Positions 8,322 to 17,557 of a DNA stretch of 42,361 bases are shown piece after piece. The notes under the pieces are model-generated. The model did not search any database. It had not been told where the DNA came from and was given only the letters and a program-made list of their open reading frames with translations. The stretch lies in IMG/VR virus record IMGVR_UViG_3300020151_001303, positions 1-42,361 of that record, one strand, 5' to 3'. How positions within the stretch are numbered: the first letter of the stretch is position 1; the number at the start of each line of letters is the position of its first letter. Position numbers and translations under genes: made by a program. The stretch is from a virus (Duplodnaviria; Caudoviricetes).

Positions 8322-8755
8322 TACAGTCCTAAATGTTCTTCTGTCATTATTTTGAATTCCCAGCCACGGTCCAAACAGTATTCGTGGGCGGCTTTCCATT
8401 TGGCCTGATTGACACCATATGTTGTAACTTCAGTTACGTATTGTTTGGTCACTCGTTTTCTTGGCTCTGGTGGTATGGTCTGTTTCTTTGGTTTGACTTC
8501 TATCATCAATGTTTTCATTGTACCATCTCTGGTTTTCACTTTTACGATGAAATCTGGAAAGTATCGGTGAAAACGATTATCTATTGGAGATTTATAAGGA
8601 ACAATCAATTCTTCACTTGCCCATGATACAATATCATCATTTTGGTCGAACCAGTTCATCACTCTACATTCCCATGAAGAGCGATACACAATGTTATTTG
8701 AATCCCCAACATATTTTTTAGGGTTCTTTGGTCTGAATATTCCTTGGTAAGCCAT
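8321..8755 (-). CDS. gp4: Head completion nuclease (T4 gp4-like, TnsA-like); likely start MAYQG at 8755
   Basis: F.P.NP.KY.GD…YRSSWE…W.SEE..VPY…HRYFPDF…IEVKP…VNQAKW.AA. Confidence 0.92.
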   Translation of the reverse strand: MAYQGIFRPKNPKKYVGDSNNIVYRSSWECRVMNWFDQNDDIVSWASEELIVPYKSPIDNRFHRYFPDFIVKVKTRDGTMKTLMIEVKPKKQTIPPEPRKRVTKQYVTEVTTYGVNQAKWKAAHEYCLDRGWEFKIMTEEHLGL

Positions 8756-8762
8756 ATAAATA
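8755..8762 (+). promoter_or_regulatory. T4 late promoter TATAAATA driving the baseplate operon
   Basis: Exact T4 late consensus 28 nt upstream of the gp48 ATG. Confidence 0.8.
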
Positions 8763-8790
8763 TGTATGTTCAATCTAAAAAGAGAAATCA

Positions 8791-9714
8791 ATGGCCATCA
8801 TTTCAATTCCATCCTCAATTGGCGGTGTAACCATACCTGGCACCACAACAAAAGGTCCTTTGGGTACTTTGTTTGACAGTAAATATAAATTGAGTACTTT
8901 ACAGTATCCAAGAGATTTGGGTTCTGCAACAAAAGGCCATGCTATAAAATTTTCTATTAATGAGGTTCAGCCTGCAGCCTATGAAGAATCAAAAGGATTT
9001 AGCCTTTCTGGCACTTTATCTGGTATTAAAGATACAGTTTCAAAATTAACTGACAGCAACATAAACATAAGACAATCATTAAGTCCAAATAAAACAAGAA
9101 TTGTTGCAACAGTTTTTTTATATATGCCAGAAACAGTAAATTTTCAATATAATTCTGGTTATAATGATTTAAGTGTGTTAGACGTTGCAAAAGATGTTGC
9201 AGGAGCTGCTGGCAGCACAAAAATTCCAATTGTGTCAACAATAGGAAAAATTGCTTCTTTAGGCCTTTCTGCAGCACAATCACAAACGGCAAGACTGGCT
9301 CTTGCTACACAAGGTCTTGCAATTAATCCACAACAACAATTGTTATTTCAAGGTATTGATTTTAGGTCTTATCAGATGGCTTTTACTTTCACACCATACT
9401 CACAACAAGAAGCCGTTGATGTAAAAAAAATAATTCAAACATTTAGAACACATGCTGCACCAAAAATTGTTACTGGTGCAGGAGGCATGTTTTTTGTTCC
9501 TCCTTCAACTTTTAATTTAGAATTTATGTTAAGTGGCAAAGAAAATCCAAATGTCACGAGAGTTGCTGAAAGTGTGATTGAGAGTATTGATGTCAATTAT
9601 GCACCAAATGGTTGGTCAACCCATCCAGATGGAGCACCAATTCAAACGACATTAACAATTCAATTTAAAGAAATAGAACTTATTGACCGTAAAAAAATTC
9701 AACAAGGTTATTAA
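8791..9714 (+). CDS. gp48: Baseplate tail-tube cap (gp48-like)
   Basis: L.YP.DL…LYMP…NP…LFQG.DFR…F.FTP.S..EA…L.IQFKEIE. Confidence 0.85.
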   Translation: MAIISIPSSIGGVTIPGTTTKGPLGTLFDSKYKLSTLQYPRDLGSATKGHAIKFSINEVQPAAYEESKGFSLSGTLSGIKDTVSKLTDSNINIRQSLSPNKTRIVATVFLYMPETVNFQYNSGYNDLSVLDVAKDVAGAAGSTKIPIVSTIGKIASLGLSAAQSQTARLALATQGLAINPQQQLLFQGIDFRSYQMAFTFTPYSQQEAVDVKKIIQTFRTHAAPKIVTGAGGMFFVPPSTFNLEFMLSGKENPNVTRVAESVIESIDVNYAPNGWSTHPDGAPIQTTLTIQFKEIELIDRKKIQQGY

Positions 9715-9716
9715 AA

Positions 9717-10316
9717 ATGCAATATTTTGATACATTACCAAAAATAGTTTATACAAATTCAGCTGGCCAATCACTAGCTATGACCAATTTACTGGCTCGA
9801 GCTAGTGTTATTCCTCAAATATTAAAAGACCCATTAGTTTATTATTCTTATGATATACAAGAAGGTGACACTCCAGAAATTATTGCTCACAAATATTATG
9901 GTGATTCATATCGTTATTGGATTGTATTGTTTGCAAATGAATTATTAGATCCACAATGGGATTGGCCAATGACTTATAATATGTTCGAACAATATCTTGC
10001 AGACAAGTATCCATCAACAAATATATACGTTGAAGTAGAATATTATGAAAAAGTAATAACGCAATATGATGTCAATACTCAAACAACTACAGTAAATAAA
10101 GTTAGAATTGATGAGGACATTTATAATAGTTTGCCAGTTACTCAAACATCAACATACACTTTACCTACTGGACCTGTAACAATAACTACAGAACGTAATG
10201 CAGTGAGTATCTATGATTATGAATTGGCTTTAAATGAATCAAAAAGAAATATTAAAATTTTAAATTCAAATTATGTTAGTGAAGTAGAAAACCAATTGAA
10301 AAAATTAATGGCTTAA
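9717..10316 (+). CDS. gp53: Baseplate wedge protein (gp53-like, LysM-like)
   Basis: YF..LP…Y.IQEGDTPEIIAHKYYG…WIVL..N…DWP…YE..LNE.KR.IKIL. Confidence 0.9.
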   Translation: MQYFDTLPKIVYTNSAGQSLAMTNLLARASVIPQILKDPLVYYSYDIQEGDTPEIIAHKYYGDSYRYWIVLFANELLDPQWDWPMTYNMFEQYLADKYPSTNIYVEVEYYEKVITQYDVNTQTTTVNKVRIDEDIYNSLPVTQTSTYTLPTGPVTITTERNAVSIYDYELALNESKRNIKILNSNYVSEVENQLKKLMA

Positions 10317-10317
10317 T

Positions 10318-11703
10318 ATGAGTATAGAAGATACAAATATTGTAGAATCTCCTGGTGTATATTACCCTCAAGATTTTTACCTTAAAACATTAAACTTTTT
10401 AACAGCCAGCGGTCAACGAATAGAACTTCGTCAACTACTTGTTGAATTATCCTATTACGAGGACATTTATAGTTTTGCTGCTTCAGGTTACATTACAATA
10501 CTTGATTCACAAGGTTTTATTGAACTCTTACAATTAACTGGTAATGAATTTATTCAAATTGATTTTGGTAAAGTAAGAGATGGCCGCAATGATAATGAAC
10601 AATTATTTCGTGTTTATAAATCAAGTAGTCGCCAACCAGCTGGCAACATGAATACTGAACTTTATACGTTATATTTTTGTTCTGAAGAATTATTGTTGTC
10701 GGAACAAACAAAAATTAGTAAATCATATAAAGGCACAAAAATTTCTGAAATTGTAAATAACATTTTAAAAGAAGAATTAAAAGTTGATAGTAAAAAAATT
10801 TCACAGGCTGTTATTGAAGAAACAACTGGCGTGTATGACTTTTTAATACCAAGAATGAAACCGTTTGAAGCAATTAGTTGGTTGTCAACTTACGCCAGAC
10901 CACAATTAAATGGTGCTATTGGTGCTGATATGTTATTTTTTGAAACAAAATTAGGATTTAATTTTAGGTCATTACAATCAATGATGAAAGATGATGTATA
11001 TGCGACTTACAAATATCAGGCTAAAAACGTAGATGAAAAAACACAAAATATACAAGAAAAATCTACAACAGTTATAGATTACGAATTAAGTAAACCTTAT
11101 GATATTTTAAATGAAATTACTTCTGGTACATTGGCAAATCAATTGATATCAATAGATCCTTTAACAAGAACATTCAAAAAAACAAATTTTGATTACACAA
11201 AATATAAAAGTCAGGCTAAATCATTAAATCCTGGTGGTGTAACAAATAGTTTAAAGAATCGTTTAGGTAAAACAGAACAACAATCTTATGAGAGTGTAAT
11301 TAAAGTTTCGATTGGCAATTCTAATCAAAAACAAGTTCCTTATATAAAACAAATAGAAGATGGTGTTGCACAAGATATTTTTATTGAAACATATGTTCCA
11401 AATAGAACGGCACAAATTAATTTGGCGAATTATACAGTTTTAAAAGCATCGATACCTGGAGATCCTGGTATTACAGCAGGCCGAACTGTTAATTTTAATT
11501 TATTAACACTCAAACCATCAAATACAAAAAAAGATTTAGATAAGTTTTATTCTGGTAAATATTTGGTGACGGCTGTTCGCCACATTATCAAACCAGCGGG
11601 TGCATACCAAACTATTTTAGAATTGGCCAAAGATAGTACACCAACAACTTATATGAATATTAATAGTGATGATCCTGTTTGGGCAGAAGCGGTAAAAGAA
11701 TAA
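10318..11703 (+). CDS. Baseplate hub protein (gp27-like)
   Basis: Position between gp53 and gp5; YEDI…G…D, P…PF.AI.WL, FFET..GFNF.S, PG…AG, SGKYLVTAVRH. Confidence 0.7.
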   Translation: MSIEDTNIVESPGVYYPQDFYLKTLNFLTASGQRIELRQLLVELSYYEDIYSFAASGYITILDSQGFIELLQLTGNEFIQIDFGKVRDGRNDNEQLFRVYKSSSRQPAGNMNTELYTLYFCSEELLLSEQTKISKSYKGTKISEIVNNILKEELKVDSKKISQAVIEETTGVYDFLIPRMKPFEAISWLSTYARPQLNGAIGADMLFFETKLGFNFRSLQSMMKDDVYATYKYQAKNVDEKTQNIQEKSTTVIDYELSKPYDILNEITSGTLANQLISIDPLTRTFKKTNFDYTKYKSQAKSLNPGGVTNSLKNRLGKTEQQSYESVIKVSIGNSNQKQVPYIKQIEDGVAQDIFIETYVPNRTAQINLANYTVLKASIPGDPGITAGRTVNFNLLTLKPSNTKKDLDKFYSGKYLVTAVRHIIKPAGAYQTILELAKDSTPTTYMNINSDDPVWAEAVKE

Positions 11704-12644
11704 TGGAAAATTTTATTGGGAAAGATGGTTTTAATTGGTGGGTTGGTGTTGTAGAAAGCCGACAAGATCCTTTAAAATTGGGTCGGTGCCAAGTTCGTAT
11801 CTTTGGTTATCACACAGAAAATAAACAATTAATACCCACAGCAGATTTGCCGTGGGCTCCATGCCTTGTTTCGCCAAATTCTCAACAAAGCTTTGCCACA
11901 CCAAAAGAGGGCGACTATGTTATGGGTTTCTTTGCTGATGGTGAATCAAATCAAGCACCAACAATTATGGGAATCTACACAGGCATTAAAGCGTCTGCCG
12001 GTGGCGATAGTGGGTTTCAAGATCCAAGAACACCAGAAGAAATTGCAGCCGCACCTAAACCACCGGATGGTATTGTTGTTGAATCAGTAGGACAACCCAC
12101 CACATCACCATCAGCCAGAGGGGTAGTCGCAAATACTCCTCAAGGTCGAGCGGCCAATAATCGTACACACATTTGTAATGTGGCAGTAGAGATTAATAAA
12201 GATGTTGCCGTGATTAAATCTGAAGTTATGGGTATCGTTAAGTTAATACGAACAACATTAGAAGGCTTGTGGGCCGGCACATCAAGCACACCCATTATTG
12301 AAGAAGCAAAAGAGTTCGTTTTGGCGTTAAAAGCAAAAGTTAAATTAATACAAAAAGAAATAGAACCTATTATTGATGAGATACGAGCATATCAAGAATA
12401 TATACAATATTTACAAGAATTGGTCACATATATACAAAGCCTGCCAGCACAATTACAGGCATTATTAGCAAAATGTTTAGCCGAAGCAACAGTTGAATTA
12501 AAAGCTGCTCAAGAAGTAGTTAGTACATTAACTGATCAAACTGCTGTGTTGAATGAATTAAAAACAGAAGTGCAATCAGCAATTAACATACAAGAAGTGG
12601 TAGCCAGCGGAAATACAGCATCAGTAATACCACAATTATCATAG
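11703..12644 (+). CDS. gp5: gp5 N-terminal OB-fold part plus helical region; likely start MENFIG at 11703
   Basis: WWVGVVE.R.DPLKLGRCQVRIFGYH…LPWA…V.GFF.DG…P.IMG; TAATG overlap with upstream stop. Confidence 0.85.
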   Translation: MENFIGKDGFNWWVGVVESRQDPLKLGRCQVRIFGYHTENKQLIPTADLPWAPCLVSPNSQQSFATPKEGDYVMGFFADGESNQAPTIMGIYTGIKASAGGDSGFQDPRTPEEIAAAPKPPDGIVVESVGQPTTSPSARGVVANTPQGRAANNRTHICNVAVEINKDVAVIKSEVMGIVKLIRTTLEGLWAGTSSTPIIEEAKEFVLALKAKVKLIQKEIEPIIDEIRAYQEYIQYLQELVTYIQSLPAQLQALLAKCLAEATVELKAAQEVVSTLTDQTAVLNELKTEVQSAINIQEVVASGNTASVIPQLS

Positions 12645-12652
12645 GATGAGTA

Positions 12653-13399
12653 ATGACAATAGATAGTTCATGGACAGAACCGGTTGTAGTAGATTCAGAA
12701 AATCCACCTGAATATCCTTATAATAAGGCACAACAGTCTGAATCTGGCCATTTAATTGAAATGGACGACACACCCGATAGAGAGCGTGTGCGTGTTCAGC
12801 ATCGTGCAGGTACATTCTTAGAGATGCAACCTGATGGTGAAGTTCATAAAATTTATGGTAATGGATATGAAATTGTTTTGGGTGATAAAGATGTACAAAT
12901 CACCGGCCAATGTAATATTACTATTGAAGGTGCCTGTGTTGTAACCATCAAGGGTGATAGTTTAATGAAAGTAGAAGGCAATGTCACTCAACAAGTTGAA
13001 GGTAATGTTACACAGACAGTTGATGGCACGACAAAAATAGTTGGCAAAGGCGATGTTGATATTGCTTCGTCTGGTGATATTAGTTTACAGGCAAAAGCAA
13101 TCAATGTCGATGGCCAATTGAATGTGGCGGGTAGTGTGGCTGCGACACAAAGTGTTTCAGCATTAGGTAATCTAAATGCTGGACTACAATGTTTTGCAAC
13201 AGTAGGCATGGTAACGCCAGGTTATATTTCTGCTGGTTCTCCCATACCTTTGTATCCTATTCCTGGTTGGGTATCTGGAATTATGGTCACAGATATAGTA
13301 AGAACAATGGCAATGGACCGAATAATTTATGACATACACAATCATGTTGTTTTGAGTAAAGATTTTGGCGTAACTTCATTACCTACACCTTTAATGTGA
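12653..13399 (+). CDS. gp5: gp5 C-terminal beta-helix spike part with HxH tip
   Basis: YPYN…SESGH..E.DDTP..ER…HR.GT..E; VEGNVTQ repeats; terminal IHNH. Confidence 0.85.
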   Translation: MTIDSSWTEPVVVDSENPPEYPYNKAQQSESGHLIEMDDTPDRERVRVQHRAGTFLEMQPDGEVHKIYGNGYEIVLGDKDVQITGQCNITIEGACVVTIKGDSLMKVEGNVTQQVEGNVTQTVDGTTKIVGKGDVDIASSGDISLQAKAINVDGQLNVAGSVAATQSVSALGNLNAGLQCFATVGMVTPGYISAGSPIPLYPIPGWVSGIMVTDIVRTMAMDRIIYDIHNHVVLSKDFGVTSLPTPLM

Positions 13400-13407
13400 G
13401 AATATAG

Positions 13408-14583
13408 ATGAGTGTTTTTGGTAGACTAAATTATAATTTTGATTCAGCTAAGTTTGGTGCAAACAACGAACTTACTGATGGTCAAAAGCTTTCATTAAAT
13501 TATCCAAGTCCGTTATACACTTGGCAGGCCAGTGATTTGTCCGGAAGTTCTGTAACAAATTATTTTCAGAATCCACATTCTGCTAATTTGACTTTGATGA
13601 CAAGTTATACAAATTATTTGCTCACATATTCAAATACTCAATCAATTACATATAACGTAGCACCAATAGAAGCCAATACTTTGAATGCTTTGGCCAATAA
13701 TCTTTTAATAGAGATATCAAGTTTTACAGACCACACCAATAGAATGTCTGGTGCAACAGAATCAACAAATAAACTTACAACACCAGACTATCAAATCGCC
13801 ATGTCGATTGGCCGGCAAGTTCTACAAATCTGTAATCAAGTTGACGGCGTTCAAAACAATGCACCCATTCTTGGTAATTTTACCAGCTTGGCTATCGTAT
13901 CAGATGTTTCAAATAGTGTCATACAGTTATTAAGTAGTAAAAACACATTAAATGCCAGTTTAAGTATAGTTGGTAGTAATACTTATAGTGATATATCAAG
14001 AGCCTCGATGAATACTATCATTGCTACAGCTCAGACAGCATTTAATTTATTGAATAGTAGGCGAGTAGGTGATACAACATTCTATACAAACTCAATTTCT
14101 CTTATTCAAGATTATAATACCATTCTTCAGTTCTCAAATCTTGGAGTAAATTCATCATATTTGATTAAAGATTTGGGTATTGGTACAACAAAGTTACAAA
14201 ATTATTTACAGTATAGTGTACCATCTGGTTATCCTAATAACATATATTCTGGTGCAAGTACAGGAACAACTACAGGAACAAGTACATCAACATCTGCTGA
14301 AGGATTAACGGTTACTGGTGTAGTTCCTGGAACATATACTATAGCGACTGTTTCAGTAGATGCTTATGGTCGTGTAACTTTTGCAAACAGCGGAACGCCA
14401 CAAGTAGCCAATACTCAAATTATTGGAAATCTTGCAGCAAACACATTAACAACTTCTAATTTCTCTATATCTGAATCTGGTGGAAAATTGGTGTTTAAGT
14501 ATGGTGCAACTGTAATTGCTTCAATGGGTGCAAACGGAATCTTTATCTCTGCTAATAACGTGATTGCTGGCGGAACTCCATAA
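13408..14583 (+). CDS. Virion structural protein with fibre-like C-terminus
   Basis: TGVVPGTY..ATVSVDAYGRVT fibre motif; translationally coupled (TAATG) to the adhesin gene. Confidence 0.55.
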   Translation: MSVFGRLNYNFDSAKFGANNELTDGQKLSLNYPSPLYTWQASDLSGSSVTNYFQNPHSANLTLMTSYTNYLLTYSNTQSITYNVAPIEANTLNALANNLLIEISSFTDHTNRMSGATESTNKLTTPDYQIAMSIGRQVLQICNQVDGVQNNAPILGNFTSLAIVSDVSNSVIQLLSSKNTLNASLSIVGSNTYSDISRASMNTIIATAQTAFNLLNSRRVGDTTFYTNSISLIQDYNTILQFSNLGVNSSYLIKDLGIGTTKLQNYLQYSVPSGYPNNIYSGASTGTTTGTSTSTSAEGLTVTGVVPGTYTIATVSVDAYGRVTFANSGTPQVANTQIIGNLAANTLTTSNFSISESGGKLVFKYGATVIASMGANGIFISANNVIAGGTP

Positions 14584-15176
14584 TGGCATTAAATTCTTCT
14601 GGTCCAATTAGTTTAATTGGTTCCATTACAGGACAATCAATAGCAAAAGAATTAAGTCTTAGTCAAACAGCACAACTTAGTTTGTTTGATTCTTCCGTAA
14701 GAACTTTATTGGGTCGTGCTAGTGGACAAATAAGTTTGTTTGATGGTTACGGAAAATCAAATAGTTTTGTATTTAATCAAACAATTTCTAGTGACACGAC
14801 TAACTATAATCTTAAATCGGCTGCAATTGCAGCTGGTTGGGATCAAACCGTAGCATTGGTAGCTACCATCACAATTAATTCTAGCATTTATGTGTATTCA
14901 ACATCAACTGGTTCTTATGCTTTTGATACGGGATCCAGTTTTTTTGTAGGAAGTACTCTTGCATTAATAAACAATGGGGTTATTTTAGGTAAAGGTGGTG
15001 ATGGAGGACAAGGTGCTTTTTATAATAGTGGAACTGATAGTATAGTAGGAGCTAATCGAAACGGAACTACTGCTGGCCCAGCCTTTATTGCTCGTTATGC
15101 AATCAGCGTTACTAACAATGGCACCATAGGCGGTGGTGGTGGCGGTGGTGGTGGCGGTGGTTTATACATATATTAA
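14583..15176 (+). CDS. gp38-like glycine-rich adhesin, N-terminal half
   Basis: MALNSSGPISL N-terminus; NNGVILGKGGDGGQG and NNGTIGGGGGGGGGGG resemble T-even gp38 glycine-rich motifs; ends abruptly LYIY*. Confidence 0.7.
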   Translation: MALNSSGPISLIGSITGQSIAKELSLSQTAQLSLFDSSVRTLLGRASGQISLFDGYGKSNSFVFNQTISSDTTNYNLKSAAIAAGWDQTVALVATITINSSIYVYSTSTGSYAFDTGSSFFVGSTLALINNGVILGKGGDGGQGAFYNSGTDSIVGANRNGTTAGPAFIARYAISVTNNGTIGGGGGGGGGGGLYIY

Positions 15177-15194
15177 AATTGATAAAAAAATAAA

Positions 15195-16610
15195 ATGAAT
15201 AATTATACAAAATTTGTGACATCAAAAGGATTAGAGTTTTATTATTGTAATGAAACTAACTCTTTGCATGAAGTGGACGGTACGAGAATTGTCATTGGTG
15301 ATCCATCACTACGAGATGATAGTGAGTATTACAAATTAGCAAAAAAAAACTACGCCACTCGTAAAAAACATAATAAACCGGTTGCATTACGTATTTTAAT
15401 GGGGCACGCATGCAATTATAGTTGTACATATTGTATGCAAAAGGATATTGGTAATCCAAATGAACGTCCTAAACGAGAAAGATTGGAAGTGTTTTTTGAT
15501 GCTGTTAATACAAATTTAGATTTAGATAATTTATCTCGTATTGAACTTTGGGGTGGTGAACCATTTTTATATTGGAATGATGTAATGGAGTTAATGACTT
15601 TTTTAGATAAAGAAGATCGTCATTTTTATATTTCTACAAATGGAAGCACTTTGCATCCAAAACATGCTGAATTTTTTAGCACTTTAAAATCTGACATTCT
15701 TATTAATATATCCCATGACGCAATGCATCAACAAGAGCTCCGTGGAGATGATATTTTTCATCGAGCTCGTGTAATAGAAACATTAAAAATGTTTGATAAA
15801 TTAGCTAATGTTGAATATGGTTTTACTTGTTCTGTAACTAATACAAACTATGATTTATTTGAAATTAACAACTACTTTAGAAATAAAATTATGGAGCATA
15901 GTTTATTAACTTTTCAACTTGCTTTTTCTTTGGGACGAACATATGCTGAAAGTTCAGATAACCGTACAGAATCTTTGCCGTGTACAATGATTGAAGGGGG
16001 GGCCAATACTGATAAAGGAAATAGTTATAACCATGTTATACATGGAGAAAATTTAGAAAAATTTAGAATAATTTTAAAAAATTTCTTAGAAGCTCACCAC
16101 AAACAATTCACTGAAAGAGGTTTAGATGAAAATGGTGAACCTCTTGTGTTTCAGGCTACCGCTGATGAACTTTCTTTGTTAAAAACGGATATATATGAAA
16201 GTCCTTTAGGTTATAGTGTAACCCAATATGCTCGCAAAACTATTATTGGAGAGCCTATATTGGAAAATACAAATTGTGGTGCTGATATGGCTGACATATT
16301 ATCAATGGATTTGGATGGTAACATTAGAACTTGTCCTCATACAGATGAATCTCACATATATGGTCACCTTAATAATATTAAAGGAATTCGTATCATTAGT
16401 CTAGATATGAAACGTAAAGAATCTCATTGCGCCTCTTGTCATAATATTAAAATTTGCAGAAGTAGTTGTCCAATTAAATTACCAGATGAAGTTTTTATGA
16501 CCAATTGCCGTGTAGAAAAAATTTGGTATGGAGAAATACAGAAAGCAGCTTTTAGATTATTGTTTAATGATACAGTAGAAATGGTAGAAACAGGTATAGA
16601 TTTACACTAG
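15195..16610 (+). CDS. Radical SAM enzyme with SPASM-like Cys-rich C-terminal domain
   Basis: CNYSCTYC (CxxxCxxC), WGGEP, STNG, ISHD; C-terminal NCG…G.I.TCPH…CASC…ICRSSCP…C. Confidence 0.93.
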   Translation: MNNYTKFVTSKGLEFYYCNETNSLHEVDGTRIVIGDPSLRDDSEYYKLAKKNYATRKKHNKPVALRILMGHACNYSCTYCMQKDIGNPNERPKRERLEVFFDAVNTNLDLDNLSRIELWGGEPFLYWNDVMELMTFLDKEDRHFYISTNGSTLHPKHAEFFSTLKSDILINISHDAMHQQELRGDDIFHRARVIETLKMFDKLANVEYGFTCSVTNTNYDLFEINNYFRNKIMEHSLLTFQLAFSLGRTYAESSDNRTESLPCTMIEGGANTDKGNSYNHVIHGENLEKFRIILKNFLEAHHKQFTERGLDENGEPLVFQATADELSLLKTDIYESPLGYSVTQYARKTIIGEPILENTNCGADMADILSMDLDGNIRTCPHTDESHIYGHLNNIKGIRIISLDMKRKESHCASCHNIKICRSSCPIKLPDEVFMTNCRVEKIWYGEIQKAAFRLLFNDTVEMVETGIDLH

Positions 16611-16616
16611 TGTAAA
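16601..16616. repeat. Perfect 16-bp palindrome over the radical SAM stop codon
   Basis: TTTACACTAGTGTAAA. Confidence 0.8.
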
Positions 16617-16653
16617 CCATTCAAATAACCCACAGCCAATAAAATATAAAAAA

Positions 16654-17058
16654 ATGAAATTTAAACCTTATATACAATCAAAAAGACTAATAGCATGTGG
16701 AGCGTGTGCATTCTCTGGAGGCGGCGGTGGCGGAGGTGGCCGAGGCCAAGGTACTGGCGGACCACCTGGTTCAGGTGCTTTTAGTGGAAGTAGTGGTGCT
16801 GCTGGAAATCCAGGAACTTTGGGATCTTTTGGTAATGGTGGTATTTCGGGTGCCGGCGGGCCCAACGATAACCCAAATAATAGACAATATGGTGGTGCCG
16901 GAGGAAGCGCAGGTTCTTCTGGCGCTACAGGAGGAGCCGGAGACGCATGGAACGGGCAAACTGGTGTTGGTAGCGGAGGCGCAGGTGGCACAGCAGTTGC
17001 TGGAAATTCTTTTGTTACATGGTTAGCGTTTGGTACAAGAAGTGGAGCGATAACTTGA
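16654..17058 (+). CDS. gp38-like glycine-rich adhesin, C-terminal half with short leader and CGAC
   Basis: MKFKPYIQSKRLIACGACAFS then GGGGGGGGRG…GGAGG.AV.G…TW…GT..G, resembling the gp38 C-terminus. Confidence 0.75.
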   Translation: MKFKPYIQSKRLIACGACAFSGGGGGGGGRGQGTGGPPGSGAFSGSSGAAGNPGTLGSFGNGGISGAGGPNDNPNNRQYGGAGGSAGSSGATGGAGDAWNGQTGVGSGGAGGTAVAGNSFVTWLAFGTRSGAIT

Positions 17059-17087
17059 ACAATATCAATGGACCATACAATGACTCA

Positions 17088-17549
17088 ATGAGTTATAAGA
17101 TCGTAAAATTTTGGCCAGAAACCGGTCAAATTGAAATTGAATGTTTAGGATACAATCAACGGATTTCTATAGATTTGCCCATTGACAATGGAAAATACCC
17201 AGAAGGCGATGATTTAGATGTTTACATTAGAGGGTTCGTGCCTACTTGGTTAGTGGACCGAAATAAATTGATAAACGCCGGCATATCTAATATGAAGGAA
17301 ATTCAAAAATTAGTTAGCAATTCTGCAGAAAATGAATCTGAGTATCAAAAACGTAATTTTAATTTACAACAAGTATATCAAAAACGTAAATATTTATTGC
17401 AAGAAACAGATTGGACTCAATTATCTGATGCTCCTCTCACTGCAACGGAGAAAAAAATGTGGAAAAAATATAGGCAAGAACTCCGAGATATTACCAAACA
17501 ATCATTAGACTCAAATATGGTATGGCCAACTAGGCCTAGCAATTATTAA
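17088..17549 (+). CDS. Tail fibre assembly chaperone (Phage_tail_APC-like C-domain); likely start MSYKI at 17088
   Basis: R..LL.ETDWTQL.DAPL…W..YRQ.LRDIT.Q…WP..P. Confidence 0.8.
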   Translation: MSYKIVKFWPETGQIEIECLGYNQRISIDLPIDNGKYPEGDDLDVYIRGFVPTWLVDRNKLINAGISNMKEIQKLVSNSAENESEYQKRNFNLQQVYQKRKYLLQETDWTQLSDAPLTATEKKMWKKYRQELRDITKQSLDSNMVWPTRPSNY

Positions 17550-17557
17550 TTATACAC

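Noticed and set aside
15174-15197. Read-through fusion of adhesin N-half to the in-frame rSAM
   Set aside because: Three in-frame stops (TAA, TGA, TAA) intervene.
15177-16653. Classical group I/II intron or intein interrupting the adhesin
   Set aside because: Non-coding flanks are only 18 and 43 nt, with no recognisable ribozyme core, homing endonuclease, RT or intein motifs.
15171-16671. Gene-60-style ribosomal hop between TAT codons
   Set aside because: The ~1.5 kb gap is far longer than the 50-nt T4 gene 60 bypass, and no take-off hairpin is evident.
16668-17026. Overlapping ORFs 16668-16991(-), 16697-17026(+), 16771-16959(-)
   Set aside because: Shadow frames of stop-poor glycine codons.
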